A DNA stretch of 64,000 nucleotides from a virus. The translations under genes were made by a program, and so were the position numbers. Every line of letters begins with the position of its first letter. The stretch's first letter is position 1. Under the pieces are notes generated by a model. The model was not told where the DNA came from. It saw nothing but the letters and a program-made list of their open reading frames with translations, and searched no databases. Below, in pieces: positions 1-9,624 of the stretch. The stretch is taken from the IMG/VR virus record IMGVR_UViG_3300048672_000475, positions 16,857 through 80,856 of that record; one strand, 5' to 3'.

Positions 1-151
1 CCACAACCTCTACTACTTTTGACTCGATGCCCATGTGTTCGAGCATATCGGAGACAAACTTGGCCGAATTGTAAAGACCCGAGGTAAACCCTATTGGGTA
101 AGAAGGCTCGCCGTAATTACATCTTCGTTTAAGGATAAAAAGTGTTTTCAT
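1..151 (-). CDS. partial CDS running off the left edge; possibly a phage glycosyltransferase-like protein
   Basis: Open frame from ATG at 151 (ATGA overlap with the stop of 148..405): MKTLFILKRR...SGLYNSAKFVSDML...ESKVVEVV; family recalled by resemblance only. Confidence 0.4.
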   Translation of the reverse strand, partial: MKTLFILKRRCNYGEPSYPIGFTSGLYNSAKFVSDMLEHMGIESKVVEVV

Positions 152-405
152 CGTGTAGCCTTTATAAGTGGGGGTTGGCCTTCTTTCAAATTCCAATCGT
201 ACTGCTTGCCGCAGTCCGGACAGACTTTCTTGTTGAACGACCGGTAGTGGATGATGGGCGCTTTGCAGCACGGTGTTACTGATGCTAGTTCTTCTAGCTG
301 CGCCGCGCGAGCTTTAGCTTTTATTTCATCGGCATCGGGCCGGCCTAAATCTTCCCAAACATTTCCGCTACTGGCGTACACGGGTATTTCCTCGGTCATC
401 TCCAT
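148..405 (-). CDS. small protein: XRE/HigA-antitoxin-like N-terminus fused to a Cys-rich zinc ribbon
   Basis: SSGNVWEDLGRPDADEIKAKA followed by CC...CPDC. Confidence 0.55.
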   Translation of the reverse strand: MEMTEEIPVYASSGNVWEDLGRPDADEIKAKARAAQLEELASVTPCCKAPIIHYRSFNKKVCPDCGKQYDWNLKEGQPPLIKATR

Positions 406-677
406 CCTCGGGCCTCTCTTCTGAGTTTCTTACATTTGCCGGTGTAGGGGGTATCGAATACCGGCTTACAAGGTTCTAGTTCTGGCACCGGCACCGGTTC
501 GATAACAAAGGTCGAACTCTCTTCCCAGTATACGAGTTCGCCTTCGCGTAACCCCACACCCTCGTAGTCAGAATCCTTGCCGCCGTACTCTAGTTCTAAA
601 GCTTGCGACGCCTCAAGTAATTCAAAGAATCTATTACTCCCCATAGGGGCCGCTATTAACGTAACTTTTGTAGTCAT
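396..677 (-). CDS. hypothetical protein
   Basis: ORF tightly packed in the minus-strand operon. Confidence 0.6.
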   Translation of the reverse strand: MTTKVTLIAAPMGSNRFFELLEASQALELEYGGKDSDYEGVGLREGELVYWEESSTFVIEPVPVPELEPCKPVFDTPYTGKCKKLRREARGWR

Positions 678-688
678 TTGTCATCCAG

Positions 689-904
689 CTATACGGCCTT
701 GATAGGCACCGATACTTTTATACCGGTTATAACAATGGCTCGCCCTAGTCCTACTGGAGCCCCAAAGCTTTGGCTAAGCATAAATTCCCCGTCTCTATAG
801 AGGGAAAAGGTAAACCCATCTCCCACTTGGTTAGGTGCGATCCTTATCTCATCACCCTCTGCCACAACAGCGGGCATATTTGCGGTATTAAATCTTATGG
901 GCAT
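689..904 (-). CDS. hypothetical protein
   Basis: AACTGGAG RBS at 912-919. Confidence 0.65.
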   Translation of the reverse strand: MPIRFNTANMPAVVAEGDEIRIAPNQVGDGFTFSLYRDGEFMLSQSFGAPVGLGRAIVITGIKVSVPIKAV

Positions 905-1212
905 TATCGTTCTCCAGTTTTCAATAATTTAACTATCGCATCCACGTCAGCTTTGGTATTGGCGACGTAGCACTCGAAGCCTAATTCCAGCAACCGCCTC
1001 GCTGCGCGTTCTTGTTCTTCCCGCAAAGCTTTGCCGGGACGTTTCAACTCCACGAATACGCATCGACCACGGGGGAGTAGGCATATTCTATCGGGTTCCG
1101 AGCGGCGTATTTCGTATTTGTGAATCTGCGCTCCGGGGAACGCAGCTTCCATTTCTTTGACGAAATACTCTTCAATTTTGATTTCTTTTGGCGATCTACT
1201 CATGCCTATCAC
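904..1212 (-). CDS. VRR-NUC domain nuclease
   Basis: E..IE...PDRI...FVELKRPG...Q PD-(D/E)xK pattern; typical neighbour of phage PolA/DUF2815 modules. Confidence 0.85.
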   Translation of the reverse strand: MIGMSRSPKEIKIEEYFVKEMEAAFPGAQIHKYEIRRSEPDRICLLPRGRCVFVELKRPGKALREEQERAARRLLELGFECYVANTKADVDAIVKLLKTGER

Positions 1213-1423
1213 AACGCGGTTTTGTTAATTCTACAGTACCGTCGTAATATTCGACGATTTTTCCAGTAAGTAGCAGGTAGTTAATCCCGCTATTGGCAAT
1301 CGTGCCGCTGTATGGGCGTAAGCGGGTGCGGATTTCGTGCTTGTGCAGCGGGCCTGATTCAGCCAGCATGCGTGTAACGAGCAGCATTACACGGCTTGAG
1401 TCCCTATGTTTGCTGCCAGTCAT
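1196..1423 (-). CDS. hypothetical protein, possible winged helix
   Basis: Overlaps neighbours in the operon. Confidence 0.5.
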   Translation of the reverse strand: MTGSKHRDSSRVMLLVTRMLAESGPLHKHEIRTRLRPYSGTIANSGINYLLLTGKIVEYYDGTVELTKPRCDRHE

Positions 1424-2169
1424 ACCAAATCCCCCATCGCCGCGACAGCAATTCGCTGTTCTGCTATTTTGAAATAGGTTTCATCTTTCTCAATGCCTAT
1501 GAATTTCCGATTTGTATTAACGCAGGCTACTCCCGTAGTTCCGCTACCCATACAGTTATCCAGAACGACCTCACCTTCATTGGTGTAAGTACGAATCAGG
1601 TATTCGCATAATGTCACTGGCTTTTGTGTTGGGTGCAGCCCAACTTCTGTGTTGAATTTTTGTACGCTCCTGGGCGCACGTAAGTTGGGGTCGATAAAGC
1701 CTGTGTCGGTTCCTACTAACCCGTTCATGACCTCTCTTTTTCCAGTGTTCGAAGCGTTTATTTTGTACCCCGCTCTCGACTTGCCGCCTTCAGCACGCTC
1801 CTGCTTTATTGGATTGTATTGCGTGCGCCCCTCACAGAAAACAAGCACGTTCTCATGCTCTTTCATGGGCATGTATTTCGTTGTTGCGAAATTACTGCCG
1901 CGATTCTTCTCCCATATCCATTCGTACTTGAACCACCTTGGGTTACTTAACACCAGTGCAGAGGTGAACGGCTGAGAACCAAACAACACAACAGCGCCAT
2001 TTCGATTAAGGACCCGCTTATACTGCACCCACAACGACTCGAACGGTATTAAGGTATCCCATTTGCAGGCTGTAGTACCATAGGGCAAATCGCACAAAAT
2101 CATATCTACCGAACCATCTGGTATGGATTTCATTGCTTCTAGGCAGTCGCCATGCTGTAAATCAATCAT
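1420..2169 (-). CDS. DNA N6-adenine/N4-cytosine methyltransferase (beta class)
   Basis: GDCLE, DLPYG catalytic motif, HPTQKP, VLDNCMGSGTT SAM-binding motif. Confidence 0.92.
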   Translation of the reverse strand: MIDLQHGDCLEAMKSIPDGSVDMILCDLPYGTTACKWDTLIPFESLWVQYKRVLNRNGAVVLFGSQPFTSALVLSNPRWFKYEWIWEKNRGSNFATTKYMPMKEHENVLVFCEGRTQYNPIKQERAEGGKSRAGYKINASNTGKREVMNGLVGTDTGFIDPNLRAPRSVQKFNTEVGLHPTQKPVTLCEYLIRTYTNEGEVVLDNCMGSGTTGVACVNTNRKFIGIEKDETYFKIAEQRIAVAAMGDLV

Positions 2170-2399
2170 ACCTGGCCCTCAATCAAATGGTCGGCCATGC
2201 TACTAATTTGCCTCGGCGTCGCTTTCTCCATGCGCTCGTACATCTTCCGCATGCTGCCGACTTTACGGTGCTTAGCGCGGCGAAAAACTTCTTTGTAACT
2301 GCCGCCCAACTCCATCGCGACGCAAGCTTCGTACATGGTGTCGGCTAGCTCTTTGACTTGATCAGGCTTCAGCCTGAACACAGCGGCTTGTAAACTCAT
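2166..2399 (-). CDS. hypothetical protein
   Basis: ATGA-coupled to neighbours. Confidence 0.6.
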   Translation of the reverse strand: MSLQAAVFRLKPDQVKELADTMYEACVAMELGGSYKEVFRRAKHRKVGSMRKMYERMEKATPRQISSMADHLIEGQV

Positions 2400-2584
2400 T
2401 CTTTATCCTCCAAAAATCCTAAGCAGGTTTCGGCTTCGGGTAGCTTTAGCGACGACGTGTAGCTTCTTAAAGCGTAATCGTGCTCGTTATCTACGGCCAT
2501 CGTCAGATACCGCTGGCATTTATACTTGTCGCTACACTTCCAGCCCAAGCAGCGAGCTACGTCTAACGTTAAAGGTCGTTGCAT
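2396..2584 (-). CDS. small Cys-rich hypothetical protein
   Basis: DVARC-x4-C-x5-C...C; translationally coupled. Confidence 0.6.
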   Translation of the reverse strand: MQRPLTLDVARCLGWKCSDKYKCQRYLTMAVDNEHDYALRSYTSSLKLPEAETCLGFLEDKE

Positions 2585-3102
2585 ACCCTACTCCAAATTT
2601 CGGCTCTGTGGCCTCCGGCCAGATAATCTATCCGCTCTAAATCCCATTGATTCAATCGCATCGCGTCGCGTGGGAAATAAGCCACCTCGTCTGAATCGCT
2701 GATGCTCAAAGGCGGGTCTTGCAAAACCACGGTACGGTAGATGGTATCCGCCAGGGGGATAGCTTCTCGATACAGCCGTTCCCCGCCGATAACAAAGACT
2801 TCCTCGTATCGGCCTACTAACTGTAGCCAGCGTAAGGCAGTTGGCAATGAATCAGTCCACAATACACCTAGCTCCAGTTCGTACGCGTAGTTCTCCACCC
2901 TAGACGGGCTAATCACGACGTTCAATCGCCCTGGAAGCGGTTTGCTACCAAACGATTCAAAAGTTTTTCGGCCCATGATGATCGGTTTGCCCATCGTAAG
3001 CTGCTTAAAGCGTTTTAGGTCTTCGGGTATATCCCAAGGAATCTTGCCGTTGATGCCGATGATCCCTTGCAGGCTGTGCGCAACGATAATTGAGATTTTC
3101 AT
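2569..3102 (-). CDS. folA: dihydrofolate reductase
   Basis: IGINGKIPW, DLKRFKQLT, IMGRKTFES, PLPGRLNVV, VIGG motifs. Confidence 0.95.
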   Translation of the reverse strand: MKISIIVAHSLQGIIGINGKIPWDIPEDLKRFKQLTMGKPIIMGRKTFESFGSKPLPGRLNVVISPSRVENYAYELELGVLWTDSLPTALRWLQLVGRYEEVFVIGGERLYREAIPLADTIYRTVVLQDPPLSISDSDEVAYFPRDAMRLNQWDLERIDYLAGGHRAEIWSRVCNDL

Positions 3103-3344
3103 TTAATCGCCTCGATATCAAAAGATTTCCAGAAATTAACGAGGTCCGGGTGTTCATCCTGCCACGGGGCCTTTAGCGCGTATACAATTCGCGTTAGGTC
3201 ATCAATTACCATATCCCGATGCGCTAGTTCGGCAGCGATATCCGACTTACTGTGCAGCTTTTCGGCGGTCATGGCCATTAAGTGCCGCATGTAATAATTT
3301 CCTTGGGCTATGATATCGCGTTCGGCGTAATGTTTTCTATTCAT
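3099..3344 (-). CDS. conserved phage hypothetical protein
   Basis: YAERD...AMTAEKLHSKSDIAAELAHRD; coupled to folA. Confidence 0.65.
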   Translation of the reverse strand: MNRKHYAERDIIAQGNYYMRHLMAMTAEKLHSKSDIAAELAHRDMVIDDLTRIVYALKAPWQDEHPDLVNFWKSFDIEAIK

Positions 3345-3507
3345 CCCGACCTCCTAAAAACGCCAGAGCCATCCCGATTCCTAAAAATGCAGCTATGACT
3401 ATCGGCGTGGTATTCGGAAAAGGCTCACAACTTGGGGTTGCCCCTACCTGAGCTATACTTATGACTACCCAAAACGTGTAGTAGCACGCGGCTAAAATTT
3501 TACTCAT
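3337..3507 (-). CDS. small membrane protein (2 hydrophobic segments)
   Basis: ATG at 3507 preceded by AACTGGAG (3514-3521). Confidence 0.55.
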   Translation of the reverse strand: MSKILAACYYTFWVVISIAQVGATPSCEPFPNTTPIVIAAFLGIGMALAFLGGRDE

Positions 3508-3520
3508 GGTGTTCTCCAGT

Positions 3521-4330
3521 TTATACCGCAACCGGCGCTTTGATAGCCGCATGGTGGTGGTAGTTGATAAGTTCGAAATCTTCGACTCGGTAATCGAAAA
3601 TAGAATCCGGCTTACGTTTAATCCGCAACTGCGGTAGCGGGTACGGGGTTCTAGTAAGCTGCAATTCAGCTTGTTCTAGGTGGTTTAGATAAAGATGTAC
3701 ATCAACGCCGGAGTAAACCAACTCGCCTACGCCAAGATCGCATTGCTGAGCAACCATGTGCGTCAACAACGCATAACCCGCCACATTAAAAGGATTGCCT
3801 AAAAACACATCATTCGAGCGCATCGTGAAATGGCAATTCAGTTTGCCGTTGGTTACGGTAAACTGAAACATTACGTGGCACGGCGGTAATGCGGCATCGT
3901 AGATGTCCATCGGGTTCCACGCTGATACCACTAACCGTCTTGAATCCGGGTTTTCTTTTATCTGCGCTATAACATCGGTTATCTGGTCTACCCCATCCGA
4001 ATACGCGCCGAAGGGTTCTCCGCCAAAATTGCGCCACTGATAGCCGTAGATCGGACCTAACTCTCCGTCTTCAGGGTCGGCCCACTCGTTCCAGATAGTC
4101 ACGCCGTTATCGGTAAGATATTTTACGTTCGTCTCTCCGGACAACATCCAGAGCAATTCGTGAACAACGGACTTAAAGTGTATTTTCTTCGTCGTTACCA
4201 GCGGAAAGCCTTTTGCTAAATCGAACCGCATTTGCCGGCCAAATACGCTGAGCGTACCCGTACCGGTGCGGTCGCCTTTCTGAACACCGTTCTGCATAAC
4301 GTCTTCGAGCAAATTGAGGTACTGTTTCAT
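3521..4330 (-). CDS. thyA: thymidylate synthase
   Basis: [28 protein letters not shown] catalytic Cys, RSND, HLYLNH. Confidence 0.97.
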   Translation of the reverse strand: MKQYLNLLEDVMQNGVQKGDRTGTGTLSVFGRQMRFDLAKGFPLVTTKKIHFKSVVHELLWMLSGETNVKYLTDNGVTIWNEWADPEDGELGPIYGYQWRNFGGEPFGAYSDGVDQITDVIAQIKENPDSRRLVVSAWNPMDIYDAALPPCHVMFQFTVTNGKLNCHFTMRSNDVFLGNPFNVAGYALLTHMVAQQCDLGVGELVYSGVDVHLYLNHLEQAELQLTRTPYPLPQLRIKRKPDSIFDYRVEDFELINYHHHAAIKAPVAV

Positions 4331-4713
4331 TTTTCCTCCTCCAGTAGATGTCCAAAATTGTCGCGTAGCTCTTTAATATAAGCGTCTGGCAATTCATTTT
4401 TGCGTATTCTGGTCCCTAGGCGATTTATAATTTCTACGGCCTCCTGGTGCCATTTACAAGCAAGTACTTCCGCCTCATGTTGCTCAAGTATTTCCGGTGT
4501 GGCTAATATGGCAATCGGGCGAATGCCGAAAGCAATGTCCCCTACCTGCAGTCCTGTATCTTTTCTGAACCTCTTAGTTTTTGTAACTACTTGGGTGCGC
4601 GTTACTTTAGTCACTATATGCAGCTCATAAGTAGGTCTTAGCCCTGTCCAATAGGTCCCCACCACCGGCGTTGCTATTTTGTCGCCCTCTTTTACGTCCG
4701 CTAGCCCCACCAT
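4327..4713 (-). CDS. hypothetical protein
   Basis: Operonic ORF coupled to thyA. Confidence 0.6.
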   Translation of the reverse strand: MVGLADVKEGDKIATPVVGTYWTGLRPTYELHIVTKVTRTQVVTKTKRFRKDTGLQVGDIAFGIRPIAILATPEILEQHEAEVLACKWHQEAVEIINRLGTRIRKNELPDAYIKELRDNFGHLLEEEK

Positions 4714-4939
4714 TAGAGTTTCACCTCAAAATATTCGGCACTTCCGACGTCTCGGTGCGTGGTAATCAGGTCATCGATAAGCGCGTCCCAGTAGATATTC
4801 GGCGCCTGTATCAGTAACATCGCATCCGCTTCATCCACAACTACTCGGCATAAATGCCCGTCTCTGACTTGGGATACCAGATAGCGTGAACCTTTGTGGT
4901 ACACGCGGCTTTTGTCTGTTCTGGCTAATATTTCGGGCA

Positions 4940-5293
4940 TTACACACCTCCCAAACGGCTGTATACCTGCACCCACAACATCGCGATTATGCTTAAGATG
5001 GCTACTATCCGCCATGCGTTCAGCTTTTTGGGGAGGTCGGTATTCGTATCGTATTCGGCAAAATACTTATCCTTCCAGCTTTCGGCTTCTGCGTACGCCC
5101 GGTCGCGGCTTCGCGCCGCTTTATTTTCCATTTCGATTGCCGTTTCTACCCGCAGCTCTGCGGCTTCCAAGAACGGTTCTACGTCATCCCACCGAACCCA
5201 CTCCCCGGAGTCGCATTGTTCCATGGGCCCGAATTTTAAGAAGCCCTGGTTGTACAGCTTTACGCCGTATTCTTTCGCATATGTAGTTTTCAT
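4940..5293 (-). CDS. coiled-coil protein with C-terminal transmembrane segment
   Basis: Hydrophobic IVAILSIIAMLWV tail. Confidence 0.55.
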   Translation of the reverse strand: MKTTYAKEYGVKLYNQGFLKFGPMEQCDSGEWVRWDDVEPFLEAAELRVETAIEMENKAARSRDRAYAEAESWKDKYFAEYDTNTDLPKKLNAWRIVAILSIIAMLWVQVYSRLGGV

Positions 5294-5294
5294 T

Positions 5295-5537
5295 TTAGTA
5301 CTCGTCCAATTCTTCCAGTTTTTGATCGTACCCGGCTACCACGTCGCTAAGTTGGTCTAGCGGTAGGGAGAGGTGATTTAGCAAGCGGCCTATGATTTCC
5401 TCTAGCGCTTCGACTTTATATCGTAGGGTTTCTAAGCTACCCTCACCGTAAATCCGGTCCATATGATACGAGAAATACTGCTCTGGACTTTCAAAGGCGG
5501 GGCGACTTAAATACATTTCGCAAGACGTGAATTTCAT
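5295..5537 (-). CDS. hypothetical protein
   Basis: CCGAAGAGG RBS at 5545-5553; own promoter upstream. Confidence 0.65.
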   Translation of the reverse strand: MKFTSCEMYLSRPAFESPEQYFSYHMDRIYGEGSLETLRYKVEALEEIIGRLLNHLSLPLDQLSDVVAGYDQKLEELDEY

Positions 5538-5576
5538 TTTGTTTCCTCTTCGGTGATTGTTGATAGTTCGGAGCTG

Positions 5577-5605
5577 ATACTACAGCCCCGAAGACTATGT
5601 GTCAA
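5577..5605 (-). promoter_or_regulatory. sigma70-type promoter
   Basis: TTGACA-17 bp-TAGTAT on the minus strand. Confidence 0.65.
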
Positions 5606-5608
5606 GTG

Positions 5609-6964
5609 CTATTTATGGTATCTGTAAGATTCTTTTCCTTCCGCTGCGAGGGGCAGACCTTCCGCCCAATCCGGCACTACGGACATCAATTCGCAAAGCC
5701 TTTTTACTGAATAAGTGGGGGCGTCTGGAACTTCTGTTACCAGCTCATCGTGTACCTTCAAAACGATGTCGTAGTTCTCTTTCGAGGCCAGTACTTCACC
5801 GTGCTTGAATACATCCCTAGCGCCCGCCTGGGTGCAATTTTCAGCGATTTTTCCAGCCCCTGTCATAATATCGCCCCATTGTTTACTGAACTGGTTTATG
5901 CCTCTGAACACCAGTTTTCCTGACTGCGTGCTGTCGTCTTCTTCAACGATATCGCCGTTTTCGTCGAAATCACCTTTCTTTTTGGTTTTTCCTATTCGCA
6001 TGCCAGGGTATGGGATTACTCTCCCGCTTGGTAAAACAATTAGAACCCATTTCCCCTTGCGGACCGCTTTGCATTTTCCAAACGGGAACGGCACGTTAGG
6101 CACCTCCACCGCGTATCTCATCGCTTGTTCAGCGTCTTTCCAAAACTTACAGATCGCTGGGTGCTCTTTACGCCATTGTCGTTTCAAGCAGTCTATCGCT
6201 ACGAAAACGTCTTTCGACATCCCAAAAGTTTTCTTTGGCTCGTAGAAATCTTCCCAAGAGCAAAATGAGTCGTCACTTTTTTCTGCTTTGTTTTCCGCCT
6301 CTTTGCGATCCATTCCGTCTAACCACTCGTAAAACTTCTCGGCTTCGCTTATAATCTCTGGATTGGCGTACGGAAGAACCGTATCCGGAAGCGTATTCAG
6401 GTCTATCTTATTTGCGAAAGCAAGAAACGCGCCAACTCCACCTTGGAACCCGAAAGCCAATTCCATCACCTTGCCTATGGACCTCTCCTTATCCCCTATA
6501 GCGTCAATGGACATACGGAAAGCCTTTGCGAAAGCTGCGACGTATAAATCCGGCCCCTCACGTTTCGGTTTCCCTTTACTATCAAATACCCGATTTCCGT
6601 TTTCATCCAGAATGAAAGTGTCGTATTTCTTAAAGGCTTCTAACTTCCATTTTTCGCCGGCCAACCAAGCTAAAAAACGGCCTTCGATGTTGGCTAAATC
6701 AGCCACAACCAATTTCTTCCCCTCTGGTGCGCAGATAGCGTATCGCAGGGCGCTGCTGCACAATTCCATCGTGTCGTACCCCAATAAATCTTGTACGCCA
6801 TTCTTTACAGCGTCAATTCCGGGTATAATGTCGGCTTCTTCAAGGGTTGGTCTTGGAAAATTCTGTGGCTGTACGATTCGCCCACAATTAGATACCACGA
6901 CCCCATTGGCAGTGAATCGGTGCCTAGGCCCCGCGTTTATAATGTCATAGACCTTGGCCCTCAT
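5609..6964 (-). CDS. polA: family A DNA polymerase, C-terminal half, preceded by a 26-aa C-intein
   Basis: ADLANIEGR (motif A), R..GKVMELAFGF (motif B), VHDELV (motif C); begins MRAKVYDIINAGPRHRFTANGVVVSN/C. Confidence 0.92.
   Translation of the reverse strand: MRAKVYDIINAGPRHRFTANGVVVSNCGRIVQPQNFPRPTLEEADIIPGIDAVKNGVQDLLGYDTMELCSSALRYAICAPEGKKLVVADLANIEGRFLAWLAGEKWKLEAFKKYDTFILDENGNRVFDSKGKPKREGPDLYVAAFAKAFRMSIDAIGDKERSIGKVMELAFGFQGGVGAFLAFANKIDLNTLPDTVLPYANPEIISEAEKFYEWLDGMDRKEAENKAEKSDDSFCSWEDFYEPKKTFGMSKDVFVAIDCLKRQWRKEHPAICKFWKDAEQAMRYAVEVPNVPFPFGKCKAVRKGKWVLIVLPSGRVIPYPGMRIGKTKKKGDFDENGDIVEEDDSTQSGKLVFRGINQFSKQWGDIMTGAGKIAENCTQAGARDVFKHGEVLASKENYDIVLKVHDELVTEVPDAPTYSVKRLCELMSVVPDWAEGLPLAAEGKESYRYHK
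6887..6964 (-). other. split intein C-fragment (IntC, 26 aa)
   Basis: Block F VYDI, block G FTANGVVVSN; +1 extein residue Cys at 6884-6886. Confidence 0.88.
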
Positions 6965-7899
6965 TTCTCTCTCCGCTTCATGCCTTTAGCGTCTATCGTC
7001 TTCATAAGAGATTCCTTTCTAGCGTCTATGTGGGCCCGATACCGAATAGGGTCTTTTCTAAGTTCTTCCCAAAACTTTTTCACACCCTTGCTGGCCGCAG
7101 CTTTTTGAACCTCTCTATCTATTTTTTTCCTAGCGTTCGCGATAAGTTCCGCGTTTTTAGCTTTTAGCTCTGGGTCGTTCGCCAACGTATTCTTTAGGGA
7201 CTCGCCTATCTTCTTGCCTATTTCTTTTATTTCCTCTTCGGATCTACCCGCCCAGATTTTAGTAGTGGCTCTAGCATGGGATAAGTGTATGCCTTTGTGC
7301 TTGGCTAGTAATCTTTCCTTCAGAGGTCTAGCTGCCAATTCATCTCGTTTAGCCTGCTTCGCCCCCGTTGTTGTGTTTACCTTCATAGCGCAGCGCAAAG
7401 CACGCATCGCTATTTTGTACGCTTCTCTGGGGTTTTCTTTTTGCCATTTCTGTCCTCTTTTTGGCAAATGGGCATGTGCCTCTGGGCCTCTAGCTTGTTG
7501 AGCATCGCAAAGTCTTTGAATGTACGCAGCTCTAGCTTCAGGGTCTTCATCTAAACTACTCCAAAACAACCTAGCGGCTTCACTTTGAGCTATTTTTCCT
7601 AAACCACCGGATACCACGTTATACAAGTTATCTAGTCCGTGTTGTGCGATATGCTTTCTTTCCGCCTCACTAGCAATGCCCCTATCCGGGCACTCTTCTA
7701 AGATTTCTACTGTGAAAGCGTCTGGGCCAAAATGCAGTATAGCCTTATAAAAAGGCTTATCCGCGTATTTAGGAATTAGCGCCCTTCTCTTGTGATACCC
7801 CCACCTTTCAGCTATCGGCATAGATGTAACGCCTATATACGCGATGTTATCGGGCGCCGTTATTTTATAAATTAAGTGTTTTTTGGTGTAGATTCCCAT
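6961..7899 (-). CDS. free-standing GIY-YIG homing endonuclease
   Basis: LIYKIT...YIGVT...R...H...E...YN N-terminal domain and a basic helical C-terminus; lies between the intein halves. Confidence 0.85.
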   Translation of the reverse strand: MGIYTKKHLIYKITAPDNIAYIGVTSMPIAERWGYHKRRALIPKYADKPFYKAILHFGPDAFTVEILEECPDRGIASEAERKHIAQHGLDNLYNVVSGGLGKIAQSEAARLFWSSLDEDPEARAAYIQRLCDAQQARGPEAHAHLPKRGQKWQKENPREAYKIAMRALRCAMKVNTTTGAKQAKRDELAARPLKERLLAKHKGIHLSHARATTKIWAGRSEEEIKEIGKKIGESLKNTLANDPELKAKNAELIANARKKIDREVQKAAASKGVKKFWEELRKDPIRYRAHIDARKESLMKTIDAKGMKRREK

Positions 7900-9143
7900 A
7901 ACTTTAAACTCCCCAGTTTAGCTTCAAATAGATGGCAAGATTTTCCACCTTCTAAATATACCACATGATCTGGGGTGGCGCAAATCCCGCCGTACTCAAC
8001 GACATCTTGTTCGCCTTTACATACTACGCCTTCGTGCGGCACCCATTCGATGCCGTCCCATACGCTATCCGAGATAAGCACGCTCTCTATCGGCTTCTCG
8101 ATGACCTCCCCCGCTGCCGTTTTTACAGCAATCAATGTTCCTTCTGCGAGGCAGTCCCTAGAGGTTCTGGACGCGCCGGCGTATTGGATAGTCCCCTTTA
8201 CGCGGTCTCCAGCGCAGATCGCTTTTTGAAATCGCTTGTATTTGGCGGTAGATGAAGTGCAAGTGGATAGCCTGACCTCCAGTAGTTCTCTAAGATTCTC
8301 TGGGAGTTCGTCGTCTTTAATCAGCTTTTCTAACGTAGCTTTTTGTAGGTTTGGAAGTTCTATTCCAAAAGCCGAAAACACGTACTTGAGAACGGCATCG
8401 CGCTGGGACGCGGCTTTAACCTCGTTTTCCGTTATTTCCTGGGTACGCGCCGCCAGATGCTTTTTCTCGATTTCTATTTCCCGAACGGAGGCATCAACAA
8501 ACTCCATGTCGACATACAGGCCTCGGTCGTTAATCTCCTGATCCAGAAACCACAACTCCAGCTCGTTCTCGCGCGGGTAGTTCCACTTTGGCAGCTTCTT
8601 GGTAATCTCGCGCATGGCTGCGGTATCGGTAATGGCGTACTCTTTATACCGCTCCCACTCTTCGGGGTGTGTAAAAGGGGTTTTCCATTCGATAGAACCG
8701 TCTTTTTTCTTTTGCGGCTTGCAGAACAGCATCATTAGCCGCTTGCCGTCTTTGATCTTCCGCGCATCTTCACGGATGTTCAAAACTTCGCCACACTTTT
8801 CTAGGCTTCCTGGCAAGGCATGCGAGAGTGCTTGTGCCATCGAGCAGCGAAAACGCCGAATAGGCATATCCAGCTTGAGGCAATGGCGTAGGATTAGCCG
8901 GTCGAACTGAGCATTATGGAACGTCCAAATATACGAAGGGTTGTGAAGGTATTCATGTAAATCCTCCGGCATCGGTTCACCAGAATGCTTATCCCAAAGC
9001 TTCACTTCACCGTCGCCAAGTGCGTAGCTGAACAATTGCAGGTGGGTACTGGGATCTTCTGCGTACCTGTAGCCGCCACACGTTTTGAGGTCAATGAGTG
9101 AGCCGGTTTCGGTATCACCCCAGCACATAGGAAAATCGGTCAT
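7872..9143 (-). CDS. polA: family A DNA polymerase, N-terminal half (3'-5' exonuclease and thumb), ending in an N-intein
   Basis: Exo I DTET, Exo II HNAQFD, Exo III YAITD, DQEINDRG, GASRTSRD then intein. Confidence 0.92.
   Translation of the reverse strand: MTDFPMCWGDTETGSLIDLKTCGGYRYAEDPSTHLQLFSYALGDGEVKLWDKHSGEPMPEDLHEYLHNPSYIWTFHNAQFDRLILRHCLKLDMPIRRFRCSMAQALSHALPGSLEKCGEVLNIREDARKIKDGKRLMMLFCKPQKKKDGSIEWKTPFTHPEEWERYKEYAITDTAAMREITKKLPKWNYPRENELELWFLDQEINDRGLYVDMEFVDASVREIEIEKKHLAARTQEITENEVKAASQRDAVLKYVFSAFGIELPNLQKATLEKLIKDDELPENLRELLEVRLSTCTSSTAKYKRFQKAICAGDRVKGTIQYAGASRTSRDCLAEGTLIAVKTAAGEVIEKPIESVLISDSVWDGIEWVPHEGVVCKGEQDVVEYGGICATPDHVVYLEGGKSCHLFEAKLGSLKLWESTPKNT
7875..8153 (-). 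other. split intein N-fragment (IntN, 93 aa)
   Basis: Block A CLAEGTLI, block B ATPDH. Confidence 0.88.
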
Positions 9144-9370
9144 AATTCGCCGTTCTCCAGTACGCGTACCGAAATTGTTTTTTCGATATCAATCGGCCTA
9201 AGGTTTAGCGTCGAGAAATATTCCGGGAGGACCATTCGGGTCGTAGCCTCTTCTAAATTGGCTACAAAATTGATGTACGCGGGACGGTCCAGCTCATCTA
9301 CCCGGTACTGCAGGTACCGTCCTGTTAGGCTATCTTGCCATACCCGGCTGCGGTATTGGTACGTGCGCAT
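9140..9370 (-). CDS. hypothetical protein
   Basis: Coupled to polA-N. Confidence 0.6.
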   Translation of the reverse strand: MRTYQYRSRVWQDSLTGRYLQYRVDELDRPAYINFVANLEEATTRMVLPEYFSTLNLRPIDIEKTISVRVLENGEL

Positions 9371-9403
9371 TTTAGTTCTCTAGTTCAAAATTAAAAGGCG
9401 CGG

Positions 9404-9604
9404 TTACTCGTCACCGGACTGTAAGAACCACCGTGTGCCCGTTCCGCCGCATAGCGAACACGTTTGCTTTGTTCTATTGCGGCACAGATCGCCGAAACCT
9501 AACTCCGACCAACGCCATCCTCTGCCGGAGCAGGTCTTACATAGCTGCGGCACTCGTGCCGCTTCACCCGGCTCAATTATTTCTTCTACGTTATCTACTC
9601 GCAT
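9404..9604 (-). CDS. DnaJ-like zinc-finger protein
   Basis: Two CxxCxGxG repeats; AACTGGAG RBS. Confidence 0.65.
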   Translation of the reverse strand: MRVDNVEEIIEPGEAARVPQLCKTCSGRGWRWSELGFGDLCRNRTKQTCSLCGGTGTRWFLQSGDE

Positions 9605-9624
9605 TTCATTTCTCCAGTTAGTAT

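Noticed and set aside
6961-7899. Group I intron interrupting polA
   Set aside because: The endonuclease ORF overlaps both polA halves, leaving no room for a ribozyme core, and both halves carry clear intein motifs
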